DNA of 64,000 nucleotides. It comes from a virus. Its lineage: Duplodnaviria > Caudoviricetes. The notes beneath the pieces are model-generated. The model was not told where the DNA came from. It ran no database searches and saw nothing but the letters and a program-made list of their open reading frames with translations. This document shows, one piece after another, positions 62,501-64,000 of this stretch (positions are counted from its first letter, which is position 1; each line of letters begins with the position of its first letter). Where the stretch lies: the IMG/VR virus record IMGVR_UViG_3300033463_000015. One strand, given 5' to 3'. A program made the position numbers and the translations under genes.

Positions 62501-64000
62501 CAATTACATATAGCTATGCCTGATTTAACTATTGTTGAAATTGAAGCTGACAGAATGACAAAAACAAAGTCTGATCCTGTACCAGCGCATGTTATCATTA
62601 CTGATCGTATTTAGACAACGGAAGGAAATAAAGTTTCTTATGAAGATCGAATAACTGAATTAAACGCAGCAACCACTGATACAAGTAAGGACGGCTGTTT
62701 GTTTAAAGTTCAAGGTACTAGTTCAGTTGCTTATGCACGCTCTGCATTAAATTTAGATATTGATTTTAAAAATTGTAAAGATGCAAATCAAAATAGTATT
62801 AAATATAAAATTTCTGATAGTTCTATTGGAGTTAATTATTTTAATATTAAGGCTAATGTTGCATCAAGTGAAAATGCTAATAATGTATGCGCAGTAGATT
62901 GGTATAATACCTACCAGCCATTCAAAATTGAAGCAAGGAAAGAAAACAGTTCTGTACGTGATACGATAGAAGCAAAGCCTTGTGCCGTTTTCTTTAAAAA
63001 TACAAGCGCAAATACAATATGGATCGGTAGTTAGTAGGTCGCGCCTGGTGAACAAACACTATATTTTATGGGCGATTTATGTAATAGTAAAAAGAATCTT
63101 GAAGTATTTGGAGAAGATGGCACTGGAGAACATTATACTAAATGCTGTATTGAAGATAGCGGTAATGATACACTAGAACAAAGATTCTTGGCCGCACCTG
63201 TATATAATAATGAAAATGATCAATGGGATAGTTATGATCAAAGTCAAGGAAAATATGTAAAGCATTTTGAATGGCGGATGGAGCCAAATGAAAATGATAA
63301 GCAAGCTTGCATTACTGCTTGGACTGAAACTGCTACTTGGGTGGTAAGCACTATTAATAATCCAGAAAAATTTAAAGCTGAGTTTGACCAATATTTTATA
63401 TCTCAAGCAATGCTTTATCATTTCTTAATGATTGAATATTTTGCTGCATATGATAATGTAAGCAAAAATACTTTCTATAGTTTTGATTGGGATGAGAATG
63501 CCGATTAGACAAAATGGGGTGGCTATCGTTGGAGTATTAACAAAGCATATGACTGGGATACCATTTTAGCATATGATAATGATGGCAAACCTTTAGGTGA
63601 CTATGGCGTAGATTTTGGTGACACTGAAAATGGAAAATCTTTGTTTAATGCAGCGGATAATCCTATTTGGAATAATATTCAAACTGCTTATAAAAATGAA
63701 TTAAATGCTTTATATATACAACTAAGAGGCCAAGGCGCTTGGAATTCTAATGTAATCGCATAGAAATGGAATGAATATCAAGCATTAAGACCACATGCAG
63801 CAATGGTAAGAGATGCATATGTAAAATATATTTATCCTTATAAAACAACAGGAGTTATTATAGATACAAATCCATTAGGATATGATAATAACTACATTGG
63901 CCGCCTTGCAGGTAGTAAAATTTACCAACGTACTCAATATTTTACTTATCAAACAAGTTATATGGACGGTAAATATAGTTATTATAATCAAAATGATGCT
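59516..64000 (+). CDS. Giant virion/tail protein with LamG-like and CotH-like domains (partial, >1495 aa, TAG=Gln)
   Basis: AGGAGG RBS; seven ORF fragments in one frame; IGSEHCDVWVYAIRVYNSALS (LamG-like); VQGTSS, DNVSKN, YDWDT (CotH-like). Confidence 0.8.

Overview
Part of a large tailed (siphovirus-like) dsDNA phage of a Firmicutes/Clostridia host that reads TAG as Gln (genetic code 15). The ORF-track fragments join into full genes once TAG is read through. 1-21.6 kb (minus strand) is the morphogenesis operon: tape measure, tail tube and a paralog, head-tail genes, major capsid, protease/scaffold, portal, terminase. 21.6-43.8 kb is a GC-rich early/host-takeover region in two divergent arms. 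It has about 50 consensus sigma-A promoters, single-gene cassettes, many paralogs, several gene-less transcription units and tRNA-Lys(CTT); its protein genes avoid TAG. Its intergenic DNA is packed with matches to host regulator binding sites: a HisR-like operator array, a GTTAG-N6-CTAAC palindrome (~27 copies), Rex, CtsR, WalR/OmpR-type, DnaA and ArgR boxes. This suggests a DNA 'decoy/sponge' system for host transcription factors, the main candidate for a novel system. Two promoter-driven start-Glu-amber minigenes with a conserved hairpin may sense or promote the code switch. 43.8-45.6 kb holds a TAG-rich SF2 helicase-like gene beside an iteron/hairpin origin candidate. 45.9-57.8 kb is a run of small middle genes. 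57.8-64 kb holds a SpoIID-NlpC/P60 lysin and a giant LamG/CotH-like virion protein, both TAG-recoded. Regulator consensus assignments are from memory and need motif-database checks; counts are by eye.
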